The notes under the pieces are model-generated. The model was not told the origin of the DNA, searched no databases, and saw nothing but the letters and a program-made list of their open reading frames with translations. Positions 30,854 to 41,165 of a DNA stretch of 64,000 nt are shown in pieces. The first letter of the stretch is position 1. Every line of letters begins with the position of its first letter. A program made the translations under genes and the position numbers. The stretch lies in the IMG/VR virus record IMGVR_UViG_3300021964_010723, one strand, 5' to 3'. The stretch comes from a virus. Lineage: Duplodnaviria; Caudoviricetes.

Positions 30854-32324
30854 TATTGTGTTGTTAAGCACACCAGTAATGGAAACAAGAGTGCCTGCGC
30901 CTGCAATTTATTATCTAAAAGGCGCATTAAATCCGCATGGATTTAAATCTCGTTGTTTTGACTTAGTAAGAGATAGTGAAGAAAAATTTGGTGTAGAAGA
31001 CAATAAGAAAATAAACAGTTTTTTGTTAGCTAATTGGCATGCTGGAATGCTTGTTGATGAAGATGATAGAAGTATTTATAATAAAATTTTTCAATATTAT
31101 AGAGAATATGTAAAAGAAAAAATATTATGTTTAAATCCTAAATACATTGGTGTGAGCGTTTTCAGTCAAAATAGTCAAAAATCAAGTCACATATTATGTA
31201 AAGCTTTGAAAGAATTTTTACCGCATACTAAAATTATTTTAGGAGGAACTGGGTTAGGTATTTCTATGGGCGGAAAAAAAGAGTTTGGATCTAATTTAAT
31301 CGATCAAGGCTTAGCTGATTATTTTATTGACGGAGAAGGCGAAATTGCTTTAGTTGAACTATTAAAAGGTAATTTAAACTATCCGGGAATAAATTCTACA
31401 GTCTATAAACAAATTGATAACATAAATGATTTGCCTTTTCCTGATTATAGTGATTACATGCAAGATTACGGTAATATTAATAAAATTACTTTGACAGGAT
31501 CTAGAGGGTGCGTAAGGCGTTGTAGTTTTTGTGATATAGGAGCATTTTGGAAAAAATTTAGATATAGATCTGGTGAAAATATTGCTGAAGAAATTATTAG
31601 AAATAAAGAATTGTATAAATCCCGAACGCACTTTTTTTCAGACAGTCTTATAAATGGAAGCATGAAAGCATTTAGAGATTTTTGTAATGTTATGGCAGAT
31701 TATCATAAAAAGTATCCAAGAGGGAAGGACCGAATTAGATGGGGAGGACAGTTCATAATAAGGAGTGAAATGCAGAGTCCTGCAGAAGATTATGAATTAA
31801 TGCGTAGAGCAGGTATGTCTTGGGCTAGCATAGGAATAGAGAGTGCAAGTGAAAAAGTTAGAGATCATATGGATAAACAATTTAGTAATACAGATATGTA
31901 TTTTAGTATTGATAGATTAATAGAGAATGACATACCTGTTACTGCTATGTTTATAGTAGGCTATCCTACAGAGACTGAGGAAGAATTTAAAGAAAATATA
32001 AAATGGCTACAGTATTATGCAGATAGAAATAGCAGTAAAGTAAAACAGGAATGGAAAGGGCAAATTAAAGATATAAATTTAGGACAAACCTTAGGTGTCT
32101 TATCGGATAGTCCGTTAGGAAACATGGACATTTTTGAGGGAAAAGATACGTGGGTGTCAAAAGTTGTACCTGGTTTGGATTTTGAAGAACGGGTAAATAG
32201 ACGTAAATTGTTATCAAAAATTGCTAATGACTTAGGCTACACAGTAAGGTGGGACGAAAAACAATTACATTTTTTAAATAAAAAATTAGAAAGATGGCAG
32301 AGTAAAGGACGTCCTATAACATGA
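30837..32324 (+). CDS. Cobalamin-binding radical SAM protein
   Basis: N-terminal B12-binding-like region (IGVSVF, ILGG, GEGE); SRGCVRRCSFCD; GIES. Confidence 0.85.
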   Translation: MKKPIDIVLLSTPVMETRVPAPAIYYLKGALNPHGFKSRCFDLVRDSEEKFGVEDNKKINSFLLANWHAGMLVDEDDRSIYNKIFQYYREYVKEKILCLNPKYIGVSVFSQNSQKSSHILCKALKEFLPHTKIILGGTGLGISMGGKKEFGSNLIDQGLADYFIDGEGEIALVELLKGNLNYPGINSTVYKQIDNINDLPFPDYSDYMQDYGNINKITLTGSRGCVRRCSFCDIGAFWKKFRYRSGENIAEEIIRNKELYKSRTHFFSDSLINGSMKAFRDFCNVMADYHKKYPRGKDRIRWGGQFIIRSEMQSPAEDYELMRRAGMSWASIGIESASEKVRDHMDKQFSNTDMYFSIDRLIENDIPVTAMFIVGYPTETEEEFKENIKWLQYYADRNSSKVKQEWKGQIKDINLGQTLGVLSDSPLGNMDIFEGKDTWVSKVVPGLDFEERVNRRKLLSKIANDLGYTVRWDEKQLHFLNKKLERWQSKGRPIT

Positions 32325-33484
32325 ATACTAAAACGTTTTGTATATTGCCGTGGATGCATCTTGCAACTAATGCTAGTGGGAATTTACGAGTATGCTGCAA
32401 TTCGCTTCCTGGAAAAAATTTTGTAACAAAAGATAATGGTCAACCTTATAAAATTTATAAAGATAACTTAATTGAAGCATGGAATAGTGATGTTTACACT
32501 AAAATAAGGGAAGAAATGTTAAATGGTATAAGACCTGAAATGTGCACCCGTTGTTTTAGAGAAGAAGATACTGGAATAAAAAGTTCTAGGCAGGCCTGGA
32601 ATGAAAAATGGATGGAAAATAAAATTTACAGTAAGAATCCTGATTTTGAAATTAAATATGTAGATCTAAGATTAGGCAATTTATGTAATTTAAAATGTAG
32701 GATGTGTAATCCTTATGCAAGTAATCAATGGGTAAAGGAATGGAATTTAGTAGAAGAAGCTCTGTCGCCAAGTGAATATGATAGGTTAAGTAATATGAAT
32801 TGGCCTTCTGCAGAAAAAACTTGGATAAATTTATTTGCGATAGCAGAAACAGTTGATGAAATATATCTTACAGGAGGCGAACCTACTATTATTAAAGAAC
32901 AGCATAGATTATTAGATTATTTTATTGATAATAATATTTCTCATAAAATCAAATTAAAATATAATACAAATTTAACAAATATTCCTGCAAAGCTTATAGA
33001 AAAATGGAAAAAATTTAAAACAGTCCAATTAAATTGTAGTATTGATGCAGTAGGTGATTTAGATAGATACATACGTTTTCCTAGTAATTGGAATCAAATA
33101 CAAGAGAATTTTAATCAGGTTAGACTGTTAAAAAATGTAAATATAGAAATACATTGTACAGTACAAATGTATAACATTTTGCGATTAGATGAATTTTTAG
33201 ATTGGGCAGGACCTTATAATAATAAAATTTATTTAAACATATTGAATCATCCTGAATATCTTAATATAAGGGTTTTACCTGTAGAGTTAAAATTTATTGT
33301 AGAAAAAAAATTAAAAAAGTATTTACATTTTCCTAAAGTTAAAGGGGTTATTGATTATATGTTAGCTGAAGACTGGGTTGACCAATACAAAAATTTTGTT
33401 GATTATACGTGTAAAATTGATAAATCAAGAGAGCAAAATTTTGCAAACTTTGTACCTGAATTTCATTTAGAGAAATATGTATAA
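32321..33484 (+). CDS. Radical SAM protein with N-terminal twitch-like domain
   Basis: FCILPW..VCC..CTRC, then CNLKCRMC and GGEP. Confidence 0.85.
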   Translation: MNTKTFCILPWMHLATNASGNLRVCCNSLPGKNFVTKDNGQPYKIYKDNLIEAWNSDVYTKIREEMLNGIRPEMCTRCFREEDTGIKSSRQAWNEKWMENKIYSKNPDFEIKYVDLRLGNLCNLKCRMCNPYASNQWVKEWNLVEEALSPSEYDRLSNMNWPSAEKTWINLFAIAETVDEIYLTGGEPTIIKEQHRLLDYFIDNNISHKIKLKYNTNLTNIPAKLIEKWKKFKTVQLNCSIDAVGDLDRYIRFPSNWNQIQENFNQVRLLKNVNIEIHCTVQMYNILRLDEFLDWAGPYNNKIYLNILNHPEYLNIRVLPVELKFIVEKKLKKYLHFPKVKGVIDYMLAEDWVDQYKNFVDYTCKIDKSREQNFANFVPEFHLEKYV

Positions 33485-34706
33485 TAAAAAAACATATTGT
33501 CCTATGCCTTTTGTGACAATGACTGTGAATCCAGGAAATTACATTTCACGATGTATGATGAGTCATAAATCAATGGGAGAAATACAATCAAAAACTTTGC
33601 AAAATTTAGCGTTTGAAACGCTTAGATCTAATATGCTAAATGGAGTTTGGGATAAAGAAGGTTGTAAAGTTTGTTATAATAGAGAAAATGCAAATTTAGA
33701 TAGTCAAAGGTTAAAATGGTTAAAAAATGAAAAAATATATTTAGATGAAGAAGGTATATATGAAAAAAATATTAATTTAAGCAGAAATAAAATTTATCAT
33801 TTATATTTAAATTTTAGTAATATTTGTAATTTTAAATGTAGAATGTGCGGACCGCATTTTAGTAATGCATGGTTAAGTGACCATAGGAAATTGTTAGAGA
33901 AAGGAATATATAAAGAAATTTATAATACATCTTTTATTATTCCACCTAAAAGTCAAGTAGATATAGATAAATTTTTATTAGAATTTGGTAATGATTTACA
34001 AAATTTACGGCAAATTTGGATCACAGGAGGAGAACCGTTTATTGATAATAAATTATTTGATTTCTTTGAAAAGCTAGGAAGTTATGCAGATTTAAAAAAT
34101 ATAAAGGTAAGTATAAACACAAATGGTAGCAAGTTAGATGTTAATAAATTGAAAATTTTAAGGAATTTAAAACAAATTGTAATTAATTTTAGTGTAGACG
34201 CTGTAGGTGATTTGTATAAGTACATGCGTGGTTATAATTATGATTTTAAAGAAATTGATAAAAAGATAAACAATTGTTTAAAATTACAGAATGAGCAAAA
34301 TAATTTAAATATTGCTGTAAATGGAACTTATCAATTATATAATATTTTGAATGTAGAAGATTTTTGGCTATGGGGTAAAAAAGTCGCTAATTCTAAAAAA
34401 GGAAATTGGATAGAATATAGAACACTTTCTGGTCCAAATTTTCTTGCTGCTCGTCATGCACCTTTAACAGTAAAAAATAAAGCAGTAAAAATTTTGCAAA
34501 AACTAATAGATGACGATAAAGATTTTAGTCATAATCATTATTTGCAACAGGCTATTTGTGAATGTAAATTAAATGCTGTACCAGAGTATATAAAAAAATT
34601 TGTTAATTTTAATAACGCACTTGATAATATAAGGAATGAAAAGTTAAATGATTATTGCGAGTTTTTATTAAAAGGCTGGAGTGAAGAAGGTAATTTAGAT
34701 GAATAG
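33477..34706 (+). CDS. Radical SAM protein with N-terminal twitch-like domain
   Basis: YCPMPF..RC..CKVC, then CNFKCRMC and GGEP. Confidence 0.85.
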   Translation: MYNKKTYCPMPFVTMTVNPGNYISRCMMSHKSMGEIQSKTLQNLAFETLRSNMLNGVWDKEGCKVCYNRENANLDSQRLKWLKNEKIYLDEEGIYEKNINLSRNKIYHLYLNFSNICNFKCRMCGPHFSNAWLSDHRKLLEKGIYKEIYNTSFIIPPKSQVDIDKFLLEFGNDLQNLRQIWITGGEPFIDNKLFDFFEKLGSYADLKNIKVSINTNGSKLDVNKLKILRNLKQIVINFSVDAVGDLYKYMRGYNYDFKEIDKKINNCLKLQNEQNNLNIAVNGTYQLYNILNVEDFWLWGKKVANSKKGNWIEYRTLSGPNFLAARHAPLTVKNKAVKILQKLIDDDKDFSHNHYLQQAICECKLNAVPEYIKKFVNFNNALDNIRNEKLNDYCEFLLKGWSEEGNLDE

Positions 34707-35754
34707 GTATTGCGAAGCAGGCAAAAATCATGTATGGATACGGTCTATGGATGCAGGACCAATCGCTCAATTGTGTTGTAGTTTAGACAGGAGTAATATA
34801 CATAGATATCCATTAGATAAGGTATCTGATTTTTTAACATTGTTAGATTCTGCAGAATGGAAAAAAAAGTATGATGTGCTTGAAAAAGAAAGATTAGACG
34901 AATGTAGTAATTGCTATAAAGATGATCAACAAAAAAAATATAGTCAAAGAAGAAAAATAAATAGTCTTTGTAGAAATGGCAAGTTTTTTTTAAAAATTGA
35001 TTTTAGTAATAAATGTAATTTAAAATGTTTAATGTGTAGCAGTGCTAGAAGCACATCTTGGATTAAAGATGAATACCAATTAAAAAAAGATTTAGATTGG
35101 TGGACTTGGGGGCCTATAAAGTATTCTACATTGGGAGACGATTGGTGGCATAATTTATCAAACTTGTTTTGGAATAGTGTAGGCACAGTTGAAATTTCAG
35201 GAGGCGAACCGTTATATCAAGAAGATGCAATTGCTTTTTTAGAGTTTTTTGCTCATTCTTATCCAAATATCACAATAAGAATAATAACAAATGCAACTTT
35301 GTTAAATGACAATGTTAAAAAAATTTTTACAAAAATAAAAACATTAGATGTTTTAACAAGTATAGATGCATGGGAAGATGAAATTTATAGATATAGTAGA
35401 GGCGGAGTACATTCGTTAGATAAAATAAAAGAAAATCTTAAAATAATTAATTCTATTGTTACAAGGCATGCTGTTGTAGATACCTTACATCCAGTAAACT
35501 ACGATCAATCTCTTATTGGAAAGCAATGGCTTAGGCAAAATGGTTTAAAAGTTGATTATCATGCTTCGTATGTGTTTTCGCCAGATTTTTTAGATCCAAG
35601 AAAAGTATTACCTGCTAATTTATTGCCCGGAAAAAAAGATTATAAATTAATGAAAAGATTTAAAGAATTTATTTTAGCATTAGATAAAATACGAAATACA
35701 AATATTTTTGATATAAGACCAGAATTTGAAAAATGGTTTAAGGAGATAGGATGA
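34699..35754 (+). CDS. Radical SAM protein with N-terminal twitch-like domain
   Basis: YC..LCC..CSNC, then CNLKCLMC and GGEP. Confidence 0.85.
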   Translation: MNRYCEAGKNHVWIRSMDAGPIAQLCCSLDRSNIHRYPLDKVSDFLTLLDSAEWKKKYDVLEKERLDECSNCYKDDQQKKYSQRRKINSLCRNGKFFLKIDFSNKCNLKCLMCSSARSTSWIKDEYQLKKDLDWWTWGPIKYSTLGDDWWHNLSNLFWNSVGTVEISGGEPLYQEDAIAFLEFFAHSYPNITIRIITNATLLNDNVKKIFTKIKTLDVLTSIDAWEDEIYRYSRGGVHSLDKIKENLKIINSIVTRHAVVDTLHPVNYDQSLIGKQWLRQNGLKVDYHASYVFSPDFLDPRKVLPANLLPGKKDYKLMKRFKEFILALDKIRNTNIFDIRPEFEKWFKEIG

Positions 35755-36635
35755 AAATAGGAATTTTTGGAGATAGTTTTGCAGAAAAAGTTAATCCTGT
35801 ATTGTGGATTTGTTCAACCTTAAAGGAAAACAAGTATACAAATTACTTAAGAGAAAAAATAAGGGAAGATACTTATATTTGGCATGATTATTTTGCTGAA
35901 CAGGGGCATACAGTGCATGATTATGGTAGGGGTGGTACCGATATCTATTATTCCTATTATCAGTGGCTGCATAATCATGAAAAATATGATTGTTGCATAT
36001 TTCTTGTATCAGGTTTTCGTAGGCTCTCGGTAAGGCACAAGGACTTTAATGCAAAACATGAACAAGATCTTTGGTATTCTGTTGTAAATGTGCAAGATGC
36101 GTTACGCAAATCAAATCCAAATAAAAGTCTATTTAAAGGAAGCAAGAATAAAAAAAATGTCTATTATAATAACTTTGCAAAAGCTGCAATATATTATTAT
36201 AAAAGTATTGATGGCTACGATCCTTTTAGGCATATACATTTTTGTGAGTTAATGTTGAAAGAAATACAACAAAAGAGGCCTGATACGTTATTTGTACCAG
36301 CAGTATATAATGATCCTTTAAAAAATTCACCTACTTTAACAGACATTTATTTTATGGAAACAGCAGCAATGGGAGAAGTATATCAGAAAGAGTTAGAAAA
36401 CAATACATGTTTTATTGTTGAAGGTAACGGATTTGCTGATATAAGAGTTGCTCATTTAAGTAAGAAAAATCATGAAATACTAGGAAAAAAGATATATGAT
36501 AGTATTATGAATAAGGTAACAAATTTTAAAATAATTATTGAAGATTATATAATGGAATTTTCTCAAGACGAAATAGACAAATGTTGGATTTCGAAACAAG
36601 AATACAAGAATATAATTGAAAAAAGATATGCATAA
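35751..36635 (+). CDS. SGNH/GDSL hydrolase-like protein
   Basis: IGIFGDSFA, YGRGGT, late HLS..NH. Confidence 0.6.
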   Translation: MKIGIFGDSFAEKVNPVLWICSTLKENKYTNYLREKIREDTYIWHDYFAEQGHTVHDYGRGGTDIYYSYYQWLHNHEKYDCCIFLVSGFRRLSVRHKDFNAKHEQDLWYSVVNVQDALRKSNPNKSLFKGSKNKKNVYYNNFAKAAIYYYKSIDGYDPFRHIHFCELMLKEIQQKRPDTLFVPAVYNDPLKNSPTLTDIYFMETAAMGEVYQKELENNTCFIVEGNGFADIRVAHLSKKNHEILGKKIYDSIMNKVTNFKIIIEDYIMEFSQDEIDKCWISKQEYKNIIEKRYA

Positions 36636-37750
36636 TGAATACAGATTTAAAATATAGTAATTATGATTTTACAAAAATACCTTTTAAAGATTTAGTACAA
36701 GTTGGTCAACGAACTTTATTATATAGAGATATTTTTACAGTATCTTGGTTACTAGGTAGATATTGTAATTATCGTTGCTCATACTGTTGGCCGTATGCTA
36801 GATCTAATTCAAAAGATCATCGACCTACAAAATTATGTCTATTGACCATAGATGAAATAAAGAGGCAAGCAAGGACTAACGGATTTAATAGTTTCCATTT
36901 TAGCTTGTCAGGAGGTGAGCCGACATTTCATCCTGGATACTTAGATATCTTAAAATATCTGGCAGATGATGTTCCTAACACGAATTATACAAGCATACAC
37001 ATGACTAGTAATTGTTCTAGACCATTAGAATGGTTTAAACAATATGTTGAATATGCAAAACCATTTCATAGGGCAAGTATTACAGCGAGTTTACATACAG
37101 AACATGTATGCACAAAAGATCAAATGCAAGATTTCGCGGATAAATTAATCCTATGTCAAGAAAACGATGTTCAAATTACAATAAATCAAGTTATGGTACC
37201 TGAATGGTTTGACAGAGATTGGGAGAATGCTTTATTTTTCCATGAACAAGGAATAAATGTAACACTAAAACCGCAAAGTGATCCTACTGCTAGTCGTGTT
37301 GTTGATGGGTATACAGATGAACAATTAACAAAATTATGGAATGGGATGCCACAGCGTGCCTATACAGAATCTAAACGTAAATGGGATGATAGACCAAAGC
37401 CGTCTTATGATATCAATCCAGGAATAATGGGTAAAAATGATGCGAGTGTGCCTTGGCATATGCAAGTAGAGTTTACTGATAAAGATGGAAAAAAATGGTA
37501 TATAGATCAGGCGGAAAGATTTAATGCTTTTAATTTTAATAAATTTAAAGGATGGAGCTGTAATGCAGGATTTCAGGGTATAATTATTAGAGAACCAGAT
37601 GGAAGTGTAAAAAGAAGTTATAGCTGTCATGATGTGCCTTTAGGAAATATTGAAACAGGTTTTAATTTGTTTAAAAAACCGGAATTTTGTATAACTGATA
37701 GTTGTGTGTCAAGTGCTGACAGCAAAATTCCAAAAAGGAAAGTTTTATGA
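36635..37750 (+). CDS. Radical SAM protein with C-terminal SPASM/twitch-like domain
   Basis: WLLGRYCNYRCSYC and GGEPT; C-terminal GWSCNAG...SC...C...C. Confidence 0.85.
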   Translation: MNTDLKYSNYDFTKIPFKDLVQVGQRTLLYRDIFTVSWLLGRYCNYRCSYCWPYARSNSKDHRPTKLCLLTIDEIKRQARTNGFNSFHFSLSGGEPTFHPGYLDILKYLADDVPNTNYTSIHMTSNCSRPLEWFKQYVEYAKPFHRASITASLHTEHVCTKDQMQDFADKLILCQENDVQITINQVMVPEWFDRDWENALFFHEQGINVTLKPQSDPTASRVVDGYTDEQLTKLWNGMPQRAYTESKRKWDDRPKPSYDINPGIMGKNDASVPWHMQVEFTDKDGKKWYIDQAERFNAFNFNKFKGWSCNAGFQGIIIREPDGSVKRSYSCHDVPLGNIETGFNLFKKPEFCITDSCVSSADSKIPKRKVL

Positions 37751-38172
37751 AATTTTACATTACAGGAGTAAGAAGAGGTTTAGGAAAAGCGTTAAGTACT
37801 AAATATGGAAATTGTGGTTCTTTAGAAGAATGTGATATCTTTATTAATTGTAAGCACGATGGATTTCAACAGGTTGAAATGCTGTACAAGGCAGCAGAAT
37901 TAGGTAAACGTATTATTAACATTGGATCACACGCAAGCGACTATACATACTTAATGAAATATTCTGTTGAAAAGAAGGCATTACGCGAAGCAAACCATCA
38001 TTTATTCACTACTGGAGTTAATACGACATGTGTAAACTTCGGATATATAGATACTGAAAGTCAAGCACATAAAGATGTTTCTAAAATGAGTGTGGATTAC
38101 TGTGTTGGCGTAATAGATTGGGTGCTAAGCCAGCCATATCGGATTAAAGACATTACAGTAACGCCTACGTAA
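37747..38172 (+). CDS. Minimal short-chain dehydrogenase/reductase
   Basis: TGVRRGLG (TGxxxGxG), INIGS, YSVEK (YxxxK); only 141 aa. Confidence 0.7.
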   Translation: MKFYITGVRRGLGKALSTKYGNCGSLEECDIFINCKHDGFQQVEMLYKAAELGKRIINIGSHASDYTYLMKYSVEKKALREANHHLFTTGVNTTCVNFGYIDTESQAHKDVSKMSVDYCVGVIDWVLSQPYRIKDITVTPT

Positions 38173-38199
38173 TGTCTAACTTATGGACAATTTTTACTA

Positions 38200-40026
38200 A
38201 TGAAAAAAAATGTTTTATTATGTACTTTTAGTATTCAATTTCAAGATTGGTTGCCTTATGCTGTAGGGTGCCTTATATCTTACTGCAAAAGAAATGCTAA
38301 AATAAATGAACAATTTAATTTTTTAGAACCAGAATTTTTACAGAGATCTGTTTTTGATACACAAATGACTAAAAAGTTACAAAAAACAAATATTTTAGGA
38401 CTTACTTGTTATATATGGAACCAAGAAATAAATGATAGGTTAGCAAAAAGATTTAAAAAAATTAATCCAAATGGTTTAGTAGTGTATGGAGGACCACAAA
38501 TACCAGAAGATAAAGAAGAGGCACAAGAATATTGTAAAGAAAGACAATATGTTGATATATGTTTTGTTGGACCAGCTGAAGAAAATTTCAAACAATTTTT
38601 ACTTAAACTAGATGATCCTATAGATAGTCATGAAGGCACTGTTGGTATAGGATGGAATAATGTAAATGTTGACAGAAAATTGTATAAAGTAAATTATACT
38701 CCTACACCTTATACTGATGGAACGTTAACTAAAATGTTTTTCCTTACAGGAGATAATTATGTCATACCTATGGAAACAAACAGGGGGTGTCCGTATGCTT
38801 GTGCATTTTGTGATTGGGGAAGTGTAATAAAAAGTAAAATAACAAGATTTGATAAAGATGTTATTATGAAAGTTTTTGAACTAGCATTTAAGGGTAACAT
38901 TAATAGAATCGAATTTATAGATGCAAATTATGGTGTTTTTCCTGTAGATTTGGATTATGTAAATGAAATGATACGATTGAAATACGAGTATAAAAAAAAC
39001 GATATGAAAGTAACGTTTTGTGGACTTGCTAAAAACGGAAGTAAATACCTTGCTGAAATAATGACAAAAGTACAAAAAGAGTTTGAAGAGAATAATAATA
39101 CTATGAAATTAAGTATACAAACTCATACAAAAGAAGCTTTAGAAGTCGCAAGTAGGCAAAACATCAGTAATGAAAAAATGTTAGAAATTTATAACAATGT
39201 AAAAAAACAAGGATATGAAATTAATAGTGAATTAATTATAGGTATGCCAGGCGAAACAGATGAAACGTGGTTAGATGTTTTACAAAAAGATATCGATAAT
39301 GGTTGTAAATTTAACAGATGCTATCCGTTAAGTGTAATGCCTAATACTACATATTATTCAAAAGAATTTAGAAAAAAATATAATGCAAATTTAATAAAAA
39401 TTTTTGCACCAAAAGACCTTTTGAATATGAAATTAACCGATTATCATAAAAATCGACAAAATGCTCGATTTATTAAAACTAATGTTAGCATGACAGATAC
39501 ATTACAATGGCGCAGTATGACTATGTTTAATTGGTGTTACAGTTATACGAATGAACAATTAGAAAAAATGTACATGTATTGGTGGTGGTTCAGTACTTTG
39601 TTTAATACAGGATTTGCTAGAAAGTTTATGTTAATTTCTAAAAAATCGATTCGTTATCAAGCTTATGATTTTTTTGATAAAATTGATAAAATGCCGTTAT
39701 TTAAATCATTTTTTGATGATCAGCAGTATGCCTTTAAACAAAATTTAAGCACTAAGGAGGAAATTGTATATTTGACTGATCTATTGAGTGTCCAGTATAT
39801 TATTAAAAATCATATGCGGCTTAGAGAAGTAGTTGATATTTATGATAATTTAGATATAGCAGCAAATGAAATTCGTTTAGTTTATAAAGATTTTACGTTA
39901 GATCATATTGATAATTTTTTAACAAAAAGACATTATTATAAATTATATTCTGCAGACGGAAATATGGAAAAAAAATATGCCAACAGTTTTGTATCAGACA
40001 CCACCGTTGATTTACTTGCGAACTAA
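38200..40026 (+). CDS. Cobalamin-binding radical SAM protein
   Basis: LGLTCYIWN, VYGGPQ (B12-binding-like); ETNRGCPYACAFCDWG; IIGMPGET. Confidence 0.85.
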   Translation: MKKNVLLCTFSIQFQDWLPYAVGCLISYCKRNAKINEQFNFLEPEFLQRSVFDTQMTKKLQKTNILGLTCYIWNQEINDRLAKRFKKINPNGLVVYGGPQIPEDKEEAQEYCKERQYVDICFVGPAEENFKQFLLKLDDPIDSHEGTVGIGWNNVNVDRKLYKVNYTPTPYTDGTLTKMFFLTGDNYVIPMETNRGCPYACAFCDWGSVIKSKITRFDKDVIMKVFELAFKGNINRIEFIDANYGVFPVDLDYVNEMIRLKYEYKKNDMKVTFCGLAKNGSKYLAEIMTKVQKEFEENNNTMKLSIQTHTKEALEVASRQNISNEKMLEIYNNVKKQGYEINSELIIGMPGETDETWLDVLQKDIDNGCKFNRCYPLSVMPNTTYYSKEFRKKYNANLIKIFAPKDLLNMKLTDYHKNRQNARFIKTNVSMTDTLQWRSMTMFNWCYSYTNEQLEKMYMYWWWFSTLFNTGFARKFMLISKKSIRYQAYDFFDKIDKMPLFKSFFDDQQYAFKQNLSTKEEIVYLTDLLSVQYIIKNHMRLREVVDIYDNLDIAANEIRLVYKDFTLDHIDNFLTKRHYYKLYSADGNMEKKYANSFVSDTTVDLLAN

Positions 40027-40597
40027 AAAAACAGGAAGTTTTTCTTTAAAATTTTGTATGAGAGAATATGCATATAATAATCAAATCACTATTTTAGATG
40101 TTAAAAGTAAATATACTGATACGCTAGACACGCATAAGTTTATAAGTCATATGCCGGCTAAAGATTTAAGTAAAAGACTTGATGTATGGAATAGTGCTTA
40201 CAAATTTACGTTTGTTCGTAATCCATGGAAAGTAATATATAGTTATTATATTTATATAAAATACACATTACCAATGTATAATTATCAAGTAAAAGAATCT
40301 TATTGTGTTAATAATTTAAATGACTTTGTGCTAAGTTTGCAAGACATACACGGAACAATAAATTTTAATAGAGAAATTTATACAATTGATAATCAAGTTT
40401 GTGCAAATGTTTTTGATATATCAAGTATTCCTATAGTTATGAAAAAACTATTTATGATAGACAATGTTCCGTGTAAAAATACACAAAAATATAATTTTAA
40501 TATAAATGAGTTTACATCAAGATTAGATAACTATGTTTATAATGATTATGAATGGGAAATAAATGAGTTTGCTTACACAAAACCTACCTTGGATTGA
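39977..40597 (+). CDS. Sulfotransferase family protein
   Basis: YLRTKKTGSFS (5'-PAPS-binding-like) and FTFVRNPW..YSYY (3'-PAPS-binding-like). Confidence 0.6.
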   Translation: MPTVLYQTPPLIYLRTKKTGSFSLKFCMREYAYNNQITILDVKSKYTDTLDTHKFISHMPAKDLSKRLDVWNSAYKFTFVRNPWKVIYSYYIYIKYTLPMYNYQVKESYCVNNLNDFVLSLQDIHGTINFNREIYTIDNQVCANVFDISSIPIVMKKLFMIDNVPCKNTQKYNFNINEFTSRLDNYVYNDYEWEINEFAYTKPTLD

Positions 40598-41165
40598 TGT
40601 TGACTATGACATTCCTAATAAAAAAGAATTATTAAGGTTAATCAAAACAGTTGAGTTTGTATTAGCTGACAACAAAGTTGACGAATCGTACGACGGCATT
40701 TATCGCCGAGCTCATAATCTTACTATTGGTAAACTATGGGATCAGCAAAATATTAATGCTGAAGGCTATGACATGAAGCCATTACCTGATCAAAAACCTT
40801 ATAAAGAACTGCTAGAACTTACTTACGAAACTTCAGTTAAGGTCAAAAAAGATTTAGACTTACCAGAAAAATTACTTTACCATTGTGGGCTATTTATATT
40901 TGTTCCTAAGCAGACTAGAATAGCATATCATGTTGATAGTTTTAGAAACTGCAATGTAAGTATGCCATTAGCAAATGAAGGTTCTTATACTCGTTGGAAA
41001 TTGCCAAATGGTGAAATAGTAGAAACTTTATATGCCCGAACAGCAGTACTAGACACACATACACCGCATTGTGTTGATAATAAATCAGATAACGATCGTT
41101 ATAACTATCAGTTGACATTTCACGCAGATGTATATATTAACGACATACGGAGTTTGTTTAGATGA
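40563..41165 (+). CDS. 2OG-Fe(II) oxygenase (AspH-like)
   Basis: YHVD, HCVDN, RYNYQLTF. Confidence 0.7.
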   Translation: MSLLTQNLPWIDVDYDIPNKKELLRLIKTVEFVLADNKVDESYDGIYRRAHNLTIGKLWDQQNINAEGYDMKPLPDQKPYKELLELTYETSVKVKKDLDLPEKLLYHCGLFIFVPKQTRIAYHVDSFRNCNVSMPLANEGSYTRWKLPNGEIVETLYARTAVLDTHTPHCVDNKSDNDRYNYQLTFHADVYINDIRSLFR

